Source: Candidatus Omnitrophota bacterium
Lineage (GTDB): Bacteria; Acidobacteriota; Aminicenantia; UBA2199
Reading direction: 5' to 3'
DNA: 64,000 nucleotides
NCBI GenBank assembly: GCA_050258455.1
Contig: JBLMYT010000114.1
Span: 55,995-119,994, forward strand
Position 1 is the first letter of the stretch; each line of letters opens with the position of its first letter. Below the pieces are notes generated by a model, which was given only the letters and a program-made list of their open reading frames with translations, was not told the DNA's origin and searched no databases. This document shows positions 1 to 9,530 of this stretch, piece after piece. Both the position numbers and the translations under genes were made by a program.

Positions 1-349
1 ATGAACGGGGTTCCAGCGGCGTGAGGTAGGCGGTCGAAACCGTGTCTTCGCTGCCTTTGTTGAGGGTGATCGTTCGATAAACCTCGGTAAAACCGGGCTT
101 GGTGATTTTGATTTTAAATGTGCCCCCGAACTGAAAGATCAGTTTCCAGTCCCCGGTGCCGGTGCTTTGAACTGTGATGCCCGAAGCCGTGATCTGTGCT
201 TTGGCAATCGGTTTATCGGATATTGCGTCTTTGACCTTACCGTAGATAATGGTATTGGTGGTGGTTTCCGATTGTGGCCAAATCAGGAAAAGACTGGCGG
301 AAATAATAATCAAGAAAAATACGAATAAAATGGTTCCTTTTCTTTCCAT
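1..349 (-). CDS. Partial CDS: N-terminal 116 aa of a protein with a carboxypeptidase-regulatory-like (CarbopepD_reg) beta-sandwich domain, possibly the N-terminus of a TonB-dependent/SusC-like receptor. The C-terminus runs off the window start.
   Basis: The minus-strand ATG (reverse complement of 347-349) is preceded by a strong RBS, GGAGGAGGG. The N-terminal hydrophobic segment MERKGTILFVFFLIIISASLF is followed by IYGKVKDAISDKPIAKAQITASGITVQSTG, which is typical of the CarbopepD_reg fold. The frame stays open to position 1. This ORF is not in the supplied ORF track because it is truncated. Confidence 0.45.
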   Translation of the reverse strand, partial: MERKGTILFVFFLIIISASLFLIWPQSETTTNTIIYGKVKDAISDKPIAKAQITASGITVQSTGTGDWKLIFQFGGTFKIKITKPGFTEVYRTITLNKGSEDTVSTAYLTPLEPRS

Positions 350-497
350 TCAACCCTCCTCCTCACTTGTTTAATATTTTTAATTACGATCTATAATATA
401 CGCGTTTGGAAAATTAAAATCAATAAGGAGCTCCATAATGTTATTGACATTAAGGATAAAAAATGATATTTTTAGGCATGTACCATCGTTAATGGAT

Positions 498-570
498 GCG
501 CCTGTAGCTCAGAGGATAGAGCTTGGGATTCCTAATCCCAGTGCCGCAGGTTCGACTCCTGCCAGGCGCA
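498..570 (+). tRNA. tRNA-Arg, anticodon CCU (reads AGG)
   Basis: The cloverleaf was folded by hand. The acceptor stem GCGCCTG pairs with CAGGCGC, the D-stem GCTC pairs with GAGC, and the anticodon stem TGGGA pairs with TCCCA around the loop TTCCTAA (anticodon CCT). The T-stem GCAGG pairs with CCTGC around the T-loop TTCGACT, the variable loop is 5 nt and the discriminator is A. CCA is not encoded. Total length is 73 nt. Confidence 0.85.
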
Positions 571-620
571 CGCTTTGGTTTTATGCGTTTTTAAATAGTC
601 AATTTTTAAGGAGAAGCGTT

Positions 621-1130
621 ATGGCTTTCGATTCAAATCAGCATCATCGTGACACGGGTTACTCGACCCCATCGGGTTCAACATCCTTCTTTGGAAAAAC
701 CATTCGCATCGAAGGTGAAATTTCATCCGAGGAAGACCTGGTCATCGAAGGGCGAGTCAACGGGGATGTGAAGACCGGTAAAACATTAATTATCGGAAAA
801 GATGGATACGTCAACGGTAATATCTCTGCTTCCGTTGTTTGTATTGGAGGAAAAACCGAAGGTCATATCTCTGCTTCCGAAAAACTGGAAGTCTCTGCCG
901 AAGGAAGATGCGACGGAACGATTCGGTCGGGAAAGATCCAGGTGGAAGAAGGGGCGAAATTGAAAGTCACGGTCAATCAAGACGACGAACGCCCTCAGGT
1001 GAAGGATCAAAAACCTCTTAAGAAAGAAGAACCGATCAGCCAGGCCGTTGCCCCGATCGAAAGCGTGATCGAAAGCGTGGAAGAGGATGACTTTGCGGTC
1101 GCCGAAGTGGTCGAAGGCGTTGTTGAATAA
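621..1130 (+). CDS. Bactofilin-family cytoskeletal protein (DUF583/CcmA-like) with an acidic C-terminal tail
   Basis: The ATG at 621 follows AAGGAG at 608-613. Repeated G-rich beta-helix motifs (IEGEISSEEDLVIEGRVNGDVKTGKTLIIGKDGYVNGNISAS, VCIGGKTEGHISAS) are typical of bactofilins. The ORF-track start at 438 would overlap the tRNA and is rejected. Confidence 0.75.
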   Translation: MAFDSNQHHRDTGYSTPSGSTSFFGKTIRIEGEISSEEDLVIEGRVNGDVKTGKTLIIGKDGYVNGNISASVVCIGGKTEGHISASEKLEVSAEGRCDGTIRSGKIQVEEGAKLKVTVNQDDERPQVKDQKPLKKEEPISQAVAPIESVIESVEEDDFAVAEVVEGVVE

Positions 1131-1155
1131 GGTTGATAAATAATCGAATAAACTC

Positions 1156-1177
1156 ATAACTTTTATAAAAAAGTTAT
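1156..1177. promoter_or_regulatory. Perfect AT-rich hairpin/palindrome (9-bp stem ATAACTTTT / AAAAGTTAT, 4-nt loop) between the bactofilin and ABC genes. It may be an operator or a weak terminator.
   Basis: Seen directly in the sequence. It is followed by an A-rich run, not a T-run. Confidence 0.25.
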
Positions 1178-1208
1178 CAAACGCAAACAATAAAAAAATA
1201 AAAATCTC

Positions 1209-1895
1209 GTGGGGAACGGGGATTATCGATTCCGATTGAATGGGGTATCCAAATTCTATTCCGGCGTTCGAGCCTTAAACCGAATCGATTTAACCATTGA
1301 TGATCAAACGATCACCGCCCTGGTCGGCGAATCGGGCTGTGGCAAATCAACCCTGGCCCGAGTCCTGATGCGGCTGGAACCTTATGACGCAGGAGAAATC
1401 TTTTACAAAAACAAACCGATGGAATCGGTTCCGTTAAAACCCTTCAGACAAGAGAATCAAATCGTTTTTCAAAACCCGTTTTTATCCGTCAATCCATGTT
1501 TTAATGTGTATAAGATTATGGCAGAACCCTTGATAATCCAAAAAAAGGATAAGGAGACGATTAAAGAAAAAATCCTGCAATTGCTGGATGTCATCCGCAT
1601 TCCGGAACATTTTTTGACCAAATACCCGCGCGAGTTATCGGGCGGCGAATTGCAGCGGGTGGCACTGGCCCGGGCGTTGACGATCGAACCGGAGTTTTTG
1701 ATCCTGGACGAGCCATTTTCAGCCTTGGACGAGATGACCGCGTCCCGCCTGATCCGCCACTTTCGAGACGTAATGGAACGGTTGCATATCGGCGCCTTGT
1801 TTATCTCGCATCATCCCGGTCATGTGGCCCGGATGGCCGATGCGGTCCGAACCATGAAAAACGGAACGATCATTCCCAATAATTATCAACCGTAA
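1209..1895 (+). CDS. ABC transporter ATP-binding protein (peptide/nickel-type ATPase fold), orphan with no adjacent permease
   Basis: Walker A is GESGCGKST, the ABC signature is LSGGELQRV, Walker B is LILDEPFSALD and the H-loop is ISHH. The ORF track gives a GTG start at 1209, but the exact start is uncertain. Confidence 0.8.
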   Translation: MGNGDYRFRLNGVSKFYSGVRALNRIDLTIDDQTITALVGESGCGKSTLARVLMRLEPYDAGEIFYKNKPMESVPLKPFRQENQIVFQNPFLSVNPCFNVYKIMAEPLIIQKKDKETIKEKILQLLDVIRIPEHFLTKYPRELSGGELQRVALARALTIEPEFLILDEPFSALDEMTASRLIRHFRDVMERLHIGALFISHHPGHVARMADAVRTMKNGTIIPNNYQP

Positions 1896-1910
1896 TGACG
1901 ATCAACCGCG

Positions 1911-4484
1911 TTAATCGTTCAGCAGCTCGATGTGTTTCCGGATGGAAACCCATTTGAGAATCTCAAACCACATCACACTCAATATCCCGGCGCCAAATGA
2001 GATGAGAATATCGAGAGGATGAAAGGACGCGAAATGAAAAATTTTCTTTAAAAACGGGACGAAGATCACCAGCCCCAGAAACAGGGCCGCGCCCGGAATG
2101 ACCCACAAAACCGCCGGATTGGGTGTTTGAAGCGACGACGCAATGCTTCGCGACCAGGAGCGGTTGGCCAATAACAGGCAAATGTTGGATACGATTAAGG
2201 TGAAAAAGGAAAACGTGCGGGCCTCGGCTTCGGATTGACCGAGTCGAAGCGCCAGAACCAGAACCGCACTGATGACGATCAAGGAAAAGACACCCTGGAG
2301 CAGACTCAGGAGGATCAAACGCTTTCCAAACAGCGGGGCAAGGGGATTGCGCGGGGGCCTTTGCATGATCGTCGCTTCTTCGCTTTCCTGTTCAAAAACC
2401 ATCGTACAAGCCGGGTCGATGATTAATTCCAGAAAAACGATATGAACCGGAAAGAGGATAATGGGCCATTTGAACACCAGGGGAAAGAGCGAAATTCCGG
2501 CAATCGGAATATGAACGCTGATAATATAGGCCATGGATTTTTTTAAGTTATCGAAGATTCGCCGACCGAGTCGAACAGCAGCCACAATCGAGGAGAAATC
2601 GTCTTTTAACAGAACGATATCCGCAGACTCGCGAGCAACATCCGTGCCCCGCTCTCCCATGGCCACGCCGATATGAGCCGATTTCAAGGCCGGGGCATCG
2701 TTGACCCCATCGCCGGTCATGGCAACGATTTCGCCATTCGTTTTCAGGGCATTGACAATCCGAAGTTTCTGTTCGGGAACCACACGGGCAAAAATGGCGA
2801 TGTCCCGGATCATGGAGGCCAACTCCGCATCGCTCAATCGGTCCAGTTCATTCCCGGTGAGGATCCGCTCGGTATGTTTTAAACCGATCCGACGCCCGAT
2901 GTTTTGGGCAGTGACCGGATAATCGCCCGTAATCATCATCACCCGAATCCCTGCCTGATAACATTCGTTGATGGCTGCGGGAACGGTATCCCGGATGGGA
3001 TCCGCAAGCCCCACGAGCCCGAGGAACTCAAAGTCGAAATCGTGCTGGTTTTTGGGTAATTCGGGATTTGAGGAACGTGCACGGGCAACACCCAGGACGC
3101 GCATGCCTTCGGCTGCCATGAGAGATGTTTTTTCCGCGATGGCGTTTCGCTCGTCAAGACCTAAATGGCAGAGGTCGGTAATGGCTTCGGGGGCACCTTT
3201 GGCTGAAATAATGAAGTCCCCGGTTTCCGGAGATCGATACACATGGGAAAGGGAAAGCAGGGTATCGGAAAGCGGGTACTCGAGGATAAGGGGCCAGCCG
3301 TCGTGAAGATGCTCCGTATGGGAAAGTTTTTTCGTCCCCAGGGCCCGAAGGGCTTTCTCCATGGGGTCAAAAGGGTCGGATTTACTGGCCAGGATCCCGT
3401 ATTCCACAAGTTCGTGGAACGTTTCCGGCAGCGGGGATTTGGGATTTTCACGGATATCGAAAAACTCATCCCGAGCAAAGAGCTTTTGGATGGACATGCG
3501 ATTTTGGGTGAGGGTTCCGGTTTTATCCACGCACAGAACCGTTGCGGACCCGAGGGTTTCAACCGCAGCCATGCGCCGGGTTAAGACCTGTTTTTTAGAG
3601 ATTCGCCACGCCCCAATGGCCAGAAAGACCGTCAAAACAACGGGAAACTCTTCCGGTATCATGGCCATGGCCAGGGTCAGGCCCGAAAGGATTCCCTGAA
3701 TCCAATTTTGCCGAATTAACCCGTAGATTAAAACCATCACCATACAGAGAAGCGTGGCCACAATAAAAACGGTTTTGACGATTTTCAGGATCTCGTTTTG
3801 GAGGAACGTGCGTTCGGTCTCGATCGCGCGAAGGGATTTGCCGATCTTTCCGATTTCGGTATGAACCCCGGTTGCCACGATGCGGGCAAGGCCCTGACCT
3901 TGAACGATGAGGCTGGCCGAGTAGATAAAGGGAAGGTCGTCTCCGCCCGGTCGACGGGTGTCCGGGATGGCGTCCCCGAAATCCGGTTTTTTTCGAACCG
4001 GAATGGATTCGCCGGTGAGAAGCGATTCATCCGCGGTCAGGTTCATGCCCCAGAGCAGCAGGGCATCGGCCGGGACGCGGTCGCCTTCGTTGATGAGGAT
4101 GATATCGCCGGTAACCACCTCGCGTCCGGCGATTCGTTTTTGGATGCCGTCGCGGATGACGAGCGCGCGGGGACTCGACAGGTCCCGGAGCGCCTTCAAC
4201 GCATTTTCGGTTTTATTTTCCTGGTAGATGGTGATCCCAATGATGAAAAAAACAAAACCCAGGAGCATCACGGCTTCGTTCATATCTCCGAGCGTCAGGT
4301 ATATCGACCCGCAGGCCACCAGAAGGATGAGCATGGGTTCTTTGACGATTTCCAGGATGATTTTAAATATACTGCGTTTTTTGGCTGAGGGTAACTCATT
4401 GAAGCCGTCGGTGTTGAGTTTCTCCCGGGCTTCGGCTTCCGAAAGCCCCCGGATGTCGTTGATTTCATGCCCCAGTACCTTCAT
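1911..4484 (-). CDS. Cation-transporting P-type ATPase (P2-type, Ca2+/Mg2+-ATPase-like)
   Basis: The phosphorylation motif DKTGTLT, the ITGD motif and the TGDGVNDAPAL hinge are present. There are 10 predicted TM segments and the protein is 857 aa. Confidence 0.9.
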   Translation of the reverse strand: MKVLGHEINDIRGLSEAEAREKLNTDGFNELPSAKKRSIFKIILEIVKEPMLILLVACGSIYLTLGDMNEAVMLLGFVFFIIGITIYQENKTENALKALRDLSSPRALVIRDGIQKRIAGREVVTGDIILINEGDRVPADALLLWGMNLTADESLLTGESIPVRKKPDFGDAIPDTRRPGGDDLPFIYSASLIVQGQGLARIVATGVHTEIGKIGKSLRAIETERTFLQNEILKIVKTVFIVATLLCMVMVLIYGLIRQNWIQGILSGLTLAMAMIPEEFPVVLTVFLAIGAWRISKKQVLTRRMAAVETLGSATVLCVDKTGTLTQNRMSIQKLFARDEFFDIRENPKSPLPETFHELVEYGILASKSDPFDPMEKALRALGTKKLSHTEHLHDGWPLILEYPLSDTLLSLSHVYRSPETGDFIISAKGAPEAITDLCHLGLDERNAIAEKTSLMAAEGMRVLGVARARSSNPELPKNQHDFDFEFLGLVGLADPIRDTVPAAINECYQAGIRVMMITGDYPVTAQNIGRRIGLKHTERILTGNELDRLSDAELASMIRDIAIFARVVPEQKLRIVNALKTNGEIVAMTGDGVNDAPALKSAHIGVAMGERGTDVARESADIVLLKDDFSSIVAAVRLGRRIFDNLKKSMAYIISVHIPIAGISLFPLVFKWPIILFPVHIVFLELIIDPACTMVFEQESEEATIMQRPPRNPLAPLFGKRLILLSLLQGVFSLIVISAVLVLALRLGQSEAEARTFSFFTLIVSNICLLLANRSWSRSIASSLQTPNPAVLWVIPGAALFLGLVIFVPFLKKIFHFASFHPLDILISFGAGILSVMWFEILKWVSIRKHIELLND

Positions 4485-4518
4485 TTATTTTTTTCTCTTT
4501 ACTTCTTGTTATTTCCTG

Positions 4519-5127
4519 TTACTTCTTGTTTAATTGGTCCTGAAGTTCGGCGATGAGTCGTAAATATTCCTGGAGCAACCGTTGTTGCTCCTGAGCAATA
4601 CGGGTTAACGCCGTCACGACATCCTTTAACTGTTGATTCGTTAACTGTTGAGTCGCGTTCTCGGGTCCCCCGACAATGGTTTCAGCGGGAATGAGAATGG
4701 GAGTGGGTGGGGTGCGTTGCTCGACTTTAAACATTCTGCCGTTGGACCAATTCCCCAGTTCCTTCCCTGACGCGTCCAGGGCCCGGGTATACCAGACATA
4801 GATGCCTCCGTTTTTCAGGCTTTGGGTCGATGGCAGTTTCCAGGAGGGCGAACCGGAGGAGCCGGAGGTATCGATACGGATGAACGGCGATGACTTTGAC
4901 GCGATATCGGCGTAAGGTGAGACGCGATCCCCTGTGGTTTCAAAGAGCGCCAGCCGGTAAGCGGCGGCCTGGTCGGTGGCCGGCCAAACGAACCAGGGAC
5001 AAACTTCCCAGATGGTAAGTACTTCGGTTTCGCTTCCCGGTGAAGCCATCGGATTGTCGTCTTGGGCAATCGCCACGCCGCTTAAAAACATCAAAACAAA
5101 AACCAATATTATTTTTAATCCATTCAT
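4519..5127 (-). CDS. Secreted hypothetical protein with a signal peptide and a C-terminal coiled-coil
   Basis: The internal start MNGLKIILVFVLMFLSGVAIAQ at 5127 is preceded by a GAGAGGGG RBS, and the signal peptide cleavage site appears to be AIA-QD. No recognisable catalytic motif was found. The C-terminus, QQRLLQEYLRLIAELQDQLNKK, is coiled-coil-like. Confidence 0.5.
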   Translation of the reverse strand: MNGLKIILVFVLMFLSGVAIAQDDNPMASPGSETEVLTIWEVCPWFVWPATDQAAAYRLALFETTGDRVSPYADIASKSSPFIRIDTSGSSGSPSWKLPSTQSLKNGGIYVWYTRALDASGKELGNWSNGRMFKVEQRTPPTPILIPAETIVGGPENATQQLTNQQLKDVVTALTRIAQEQQRLLQEYLRLIAELQDQLNKK

Positions 5128-5383
5128 TTTCCCCTCTCTTACGTTTAAGTTCGAACAGATACTCATACAGATAATAATATAAGGGTAAAAAAGTTTCAAC
5201 CTTTTTTAAATTTTAAGAATTTTAAGACGTCTTTTCTTCCATTTCTTCATTTCTTCCAAGGAGAGGTTGACAAACCCGCGGATTACCAGTATATTAAAAT
5301 TTTGGATTAAAGCAAAGCATTGCCTTTGTTTTCCAAATTGGTTTCCCGATAACTTTACAAATTTTACAACAAAGGAGGATACG

Positions 5384-7429
5384 ATGACCAAACCTTTTTT
5401 GGGTTTCCTTGTGATAGGCTGCGTCATGTTCATGATCGGTACCACGATGCTTTCGGCTCAAAACGGGCCGAAGGCGATCGACCCGAAAACCATTGACTCG
5501 GTCAAGGAAACGCTTTTGAAACAATATGGCGAAGGCAGCCGCGAGCGGATCGAACGCGGCTTGCAGCAAGTGGCTCTCTTCTGGACGAAGGACGATGGCA
5601 CACCGGAGGAGTTTTCCGAATTTTGCAAGACCCAATTCATCGGTTCCGAGGAAGCGCTGGACGCCAACTTCAAACGTCTGGAAATGGATATGGAAAGTTT
5701 ATTCGGATATTTCAATGAGATGCGGACCGATTTGAAGCAGGCTCTCGATCTGACCTGGGGTCCCATTCAACCGATCGATATGGCAATGGGCGAATACAAT
5801 CCGTCCGCTCATTTGATCGATGATTTGTTTGCCAATAAAATCGCGTTTGCCATTCTGTTAAACTATCCCCATTATTCGCTGGAGGAAAAAATCCGGCTGG
5901 GTGAAACCTGGAACCGCAAACAGTGGGCACTCGCCCGCATGGGTGACGGATTTATGTCCCGGGTGCCGGCTTCGGTCTCCCAGGATATGACCAAGAATTT
6001 TACCCAGGCCGAAGCGTATATTGCCGATTACAACATCTACATGGGAGAACTGGTCGACAATGCCGGAAAAACGCATTTCCCCGCCGATATGAAACTCCTG
6101 AGCCATTGGAATTTAAGGGATGAATTACGGGCAAGATACAACGATCCCAATGGGCTCTTTAAACAGATGATGATCTATAAGGTCATGGATCGGATCATCA
6201 ATCAGGAGATCCCGGGTGTGGTCGTGAACAGTCCCACTTACCAATGGAACCCGTTTACCAATAAAGTCTATGAAAAGGGAAAGAACATTCAGACACCGGC
6301 CGAACCGGATACCCGTTACGCGAAATTCCTCAATTTATTTAAATCGATCAAGAAATCCGATTCCTATAATCCCTATCTTCCGACGCACATCAAGCGGATG
6401 TTCGAAGGGAACCGGGAATTGACCGAAGCCGAAGTGGAGTCGCTGTTTAAGGAGTTGATGTCTTCGAAAGAAGTGGCGCAAGTGGCTGCGTTGATTCAAA
6501 AACGGTTAAACCGAAAATTGCAACCGTTCGATATCTGGTACAATGGGTTTCGCACCCGGAGTGCGATGAGCGCCGAGGAGCTGGATAAAATCGTTGCCGC
6601 CAAATATCCGACGGCTCAGGCCTTTGAAAACGATATTGAAAACATCCTGATGAGGTTGGGTTTTGCCGACGATCGGGCCAAAGCCATTGCCGCCAAAATT
6701 CGCGTGGACCCTGCCCGGGGATCGGGCCATTGTTCGCCATCGCTCATGCGAAGTGCCAAATCGCGGCTGCGGACGCGGGTCCCGGAAGGCGGGATGAATT
6801 ACAAGGGGTATAACATCGCCATCCATGAACTGGGCCATGCGGTCGAATCCGTGCTGGATCTCGATTATATCGACTACTATTCGCTTTCGGGCGTTCCCAA
6901 TATTGCGTTTACCGAAGCGTTCGCGTTCCTCTTTCAACAGCGGGACCTCGAGCTTCTGGGAATTAAACAGGATGACCCTCAGGCCAAATATTTGGAGGCG
7001 CTGGATATTTTCTGGCAGGCGTGCGAAAGCATGGCCGACGGTTTGATGGACATGAAGGTCTGGAACTGGCTTTACAGCCATCCGGAGGCCACGCCGGCCG
7101 ACCTCAAGAAAGCCGTGATTGCCATTTCCAAGGATATCTGGAACCAATACTATGCCCCGGCGTTTAAGATCAAGGACCAGCCGATTACGGCGATTTACTC
7201 CCATATGATCGATTCCGCCCTCTATCTTCCCGATTATGCCATTGGGTATTTGATTCAATTTCAGATTGAGACCTACATGGAAGGAAAAGTGATCGGAAAA
7301 GAAATGGAACGGATGTGTCTGGCCGGTCGGGTGATTCCCCAACTGTGGATGAAGAATGCCGTGGGGGAAAAGATTTCGGTCAAACCGCTTCTGGACGCGG
7401 TGGATGAAGCGTTAAAAAACATCAAATAA
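5384..7429 (+). CDS. Secreted zinc metallopeptidase-like protein (HEXXH motif); family not resolved
   Basis: The ATG at 5384 follows the RBS AAAGGAGGA. The signal/TM peptide is MTKPFLGFLVIGCVMFMIGTTMLSAQ. The HEXXH zinc-binding motif is IAIHELGHAVESV. The ORF-track start at 5267 is probably a 5' overextension. Confidence 0.55.
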   Translation: MTKPFLGFLVIGCVMFMIGTTMLSAQNGPKAIDPKTIDSVKETLLKQYGEGSRERIERGLQQVALFWTKDDGTPEEFSEFCKTQFIGSEEALDANFKRLEMDMESLFGYFNEMRTDLKQALDLTWGPIQPIDMAMGEYNPSAHLIDDLFANKIAFAILLNYPHYSLEEKIRLGETWNRKQWALARMGDGFMSRVPASVSQDMTKNFTQAEAYIADYNIYMGELVDNAGKTHFPADMKLLSHWNLRDELRARYNDPNGLFKQMMIYKVMDRIINQEIPGVVVNSPTYQWNPFTNKVYEKGKNIQTPAEPDTRYAKFLNLFKSIKKSDSYNPYLPTHIKRMFEGNRELTEAEVESLFKELMSSKEVAQVAALIQKRLNRKLQPFDIWYNGFRTRSAMSAEELDKIVAAKYPTAQAFENDIENILMRLGFADDRAKAIAAKIRVDPARGSGHCSPSLMRSAKSRLRTRVPEGGMNYKGYNIAIHELGHAVESVLDLDYIDYYSLSGVPNIAFTEAFAFLFQQRDLELLGIKQDDPQAKYLEALDIFWQACESMADGLMDMKVWNWLYSHPEATPADLKKAVIAISKDIWNQYYAPAFKIKDQPITAIYSHMIDSALYLPDYAIGYLIQFQIETYMEGKVIGKEMERMCLAGRVIPQLWMKNAVGEKISVKPLLDAVDEALKNIK

Positions 7430-7450
7430 TATATCCGAATGGGATGATTT

Positions 7451-7476
7451 GTAGGGGCAGACCCGCGTGTCTGCCC
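7451..7476. repeat. REP-like palindromic element GTAGGGGCAGACCCGCGTGTCTGCCC. It belongs to the same family as the elements at 9862, 21784/21815, 25409 and 36805.
   Basis: An 8-bp stem GGGCAGAC/GTCTGCCC is preceded by GTAG. Near-identical sequences are found elsewhere in the window in both orientations. Confidence 0.6.
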
Positions 7477-7491
7477 GCTCTCCAATGAATT

Positions 7492-7510
7492 CGCTCCGCA
7501 GTGCGGAGCG
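7492..7510 (+). terminator. Rho-independent terminator-like hairpin (CGCTCCGCA G TGCGGAGCG followed by TTTT) downstream of the peptidase gene
   Basis: A perfect 9-bp GC-rich inverted repeat with a T-run lies in the convergent intergenic region 7430-7596. Confidence 0.55.
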
Positions 7511-7596
7511 TTTTGAAAAGGTCGTTCGGAAAAGGATTTTAGGGCGGCTCGCGAGCCGCCCCTAATTCACGCGTTACGCAGATTTCCCCTTATTTT

Positions 7597-9084
7597 TTAT
7601 CCGCAGTGCATAAATTTATTCACCAACTCTTTCAATGAATCGGCCTGGCCGAATAACTTCTCACTCAAATCTTTATCATTATGGCTTTTCAGATCTTTTG
7701 ACAGTTTGTCAATCATACCGGCCGGAAAGACACCGTATTTTTCATAATATTCGCGGTCTCTTAAGAGCGCTTCCGCCGATTCGAAACAGGAGGCCGGAAG
7801 TTGTCTCAAATTCTTGCATTTACTGGCATCTTCGCTGACAAACAGTTCTTCGGCCATTCGCAAGGAATTTGGATTGTCCAGGCCGTGCAGCGCCGCCACC
7901 GCCATACCGGCCAGCAATTGGTGCACATTGGCACTGCCATCCGGGCTTCGCAGTTCCACGGTCTGCGAATCCATGTCGCATCGGGTTTCGTTCGGCTCAT
8001 TGGAGTTGGCATCGCGGATCATGTTTTGAACGCCCAGCCACCCCAGCGGAACGCGCACGAGCACGGACCGGTTCCGGTCGCCCCAACAAATGGCTGTGGG
8101 CGCTTCCTGATGGGGAACCAGCCTCAAAAACGAGGTGGGCACAGTGTTACCAAAAGCCGTCAGCGACGGGGCCAGATGCAAGAAACCGGCAATCATCTTT
8201 TTGGCGGTATCGGTGAGCCCCTTTTCATCGGCCATCATGTTTTTCCCGTTTTTGACCAATCGGGTATGGATATGCAAGCCGCTGCCCGCATGGCCGACAA
8301 TGATTTTTGGCGCAAAACTCACTTCCAGGTTGTGCTTGTAGGCGACTTCCCGAACGACCCACTTGGCCAGGACCATTTGATCGGCCGCATCCTCGATCGG
8401 GGTCGGGAGCATTTCGATTTCATGCTGAACCATTTCAATATCGTTATGGATAATATTTCCCACTTCCGCATGCCCATATTTGATCTGACCGCCCATTTCA
8501 CTGATGGCCATCATGGCTTCCCGTCGCACGACTTCCCACTTGGAAAAGGGGTGCGACTCGTGGTACCCTTTCTGCTGGGTGATGGGAAAAATCGAATCGA
8601 CTTCCGAAAACAGGTAATATTCCAGTTCACCCAGGGCTTCAAAGGTCATCCCTGTTTTTTCTTTAAAAATATTATGGGCTTTTTTTACAATATATTCGGG
8701 AGAACTCTCCAATGGCTTGCCGTCCCTCGTGTAGTAGGAGCACAGGATGTCCAGCGTGGGAAAATCCGTGATGAACGGATTGATAAAAGCGGTTTTATAA
8801 CGGGGCACAACATAAAGATCACTGGATGAGGCATCGATGTAGGGAAACAGGCTGGATCCGTCCACCCGTTCGCCCGTGGAAAGAATCCGGTCCAGATACG
8901 CTTTGTTGTTGATCACAAAATTAAGCGTTTTCAATCGGCCATCACCGCCGACATAGCGAAAGTTGAGCATCCGAATGTTGTTATCGCCGATGAATTTGAT
9001 AATGTCTTTTTTGGTAAAATCCTCTGCGGGTTTATCCAGGTGCCTGACCAGTTTATTGGGGTTTAATGCAATACGGTCGTTCAT
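7597..9084 (-). CDS. Glutamine synthetase family protein (GlnA/PuuA-like glutamate-ammonia ligase fold)
   Basis: The 495-aa protein has a GS catalytic-domain signature around FAPKIIVGHAGSGLHIHTRL and an N-terminal beta-grasp region. The exact GS type cannot be assigned without an alignment. Confidence 0.65.
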   Translation of the reverse strand: MNDRIALNPNKLVRHLDKPAEDFTKKDIIKFIGDNNIRMLNFRYVGGDGRLKTLNFVINNKAYLDRILSTGERVDGSSLFPYIDASSSDLYVVPRYKTAFINPFITDFPTLDILCSYYTRDGKPLESSPEYIVKKAHNIFKEKTGMTFEALGELEYYLFSEVDSIFPITQQKGYHESHPFSKWEVVRREAMMAISEMGGQIKYGHAEVGNIIHNDIEMVQHEIEMLPTPIEDAADQMVLAKWVVREVAYKHNLEVSFAPKIIVGHAGSGLHIHTRLVKNGKNMMADEKGLTDTAKKMIAGFLHLAPSLTAFGNTVPTSFLRLVPHQEAPTAICWGDRNRSVLVRVPLGWLGVQNMIRDANSNEPNETRCDMDSQTVELRSPDGSANVHQLLAGMAVAALHGLDNPNSLRMAEELFVSEDASKCKNLRQLPASCFESAEALLRDREYYEKYGVFPAGMIDKLSKDLKSHNDKDLSEKLFGQADSLKELVNKFMHCG

Positions 9085-9191
9085 ATGGGAATTCTCCTTT
9101 ATGATTTTTTTAAGAGATAATAATATTATAAAAAATTTGTATAAAACACAAGAGGGTTGAAATAATTTTCATATCTGGTATATAATTAAGT

Positions 9192-9524
9192 ATGGGATAT
9201 ACATCGACATCGCGGCATAATCGGGGAAACGAATCCGAAATCGAACGCTTTATCAGCCATCATGCCACGTTAAAACCCGGCGATAAACTCGAAGGAAAAA
9301 TCATCGAGATCAAACCCAACGGCAATGTGCTGATTCACTTCGGCGCGTTTCGCGCCGTGGCCCAGGCCACGTTCCCGATCACCGAGGGCGAAACCATCCG
9401 TGTGATCGTGGTCTCCCGGTATCCGAAACTCAAATTGCAACTGGAAAACCGGGACGGCGAATTCGATGTCAAAAAACTGGGTCCGGATGCCCCGAACAGT
9501 AAAATGTTGGATGTCAAAGCCTGA
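9192..9524 (+). CDS. Hypothetical protein, possibly a FliK C-terminal (Flg_hook)-like domain protein that partners the downstream FlhB-like gene
   Basis: It lies 6 nt upstream of the FlhB-like ORF. The beta-rich segment LEGKIIEIKPNGNVLIHFGAFRAVAQATFPITEGETIRVIV is weakly reminiscent of FliK C-terminal domains. Confidence 0.35.
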   Translation: MGYTSTSRHNRGNESEIERFISHHATLKPGDKLEGKIIEIKPNGNVLIHFGAFRAVAQATFPITEGETIRVIVVSRYPKLKLQLENRDGEFDVKKLGPDAPNSKMLDVKA

Positions 9525-9530
9525 CCGCCC

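Noticed and set aside
438-620. N-terminal 61 codons of the ORF-track 438-1130 ORF
   Set aside because: It overlaps tRNA-Arg on the same strand. An internal ATG at 621 with an AAGGAG RBS gives a canonical bactofilin.
5267-5383. Upstream extension of the peptidase ORF (track start 5267) and of the NRPS-1 ORF (track start TTG 24062)
   Set aside because: The downstream ATGs at 5384 and 24122 each have a canonical AAGGAG-type RBS and, for the peptidase, an immediate signal peptide. The upstream starts lack an RBS.
7538-7565. Second hairpin TTAGGGCGGCTCGCGAGCCGCCCCTAA as an intrinsic terminator for the glutamine synthetase gene
   Set aside because: It is a good GC-rich stem, but no U-run follows it on the minus-strand transcript. 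It is more likely another REP-type palindrome than a classic terminator, and is left uncalled.
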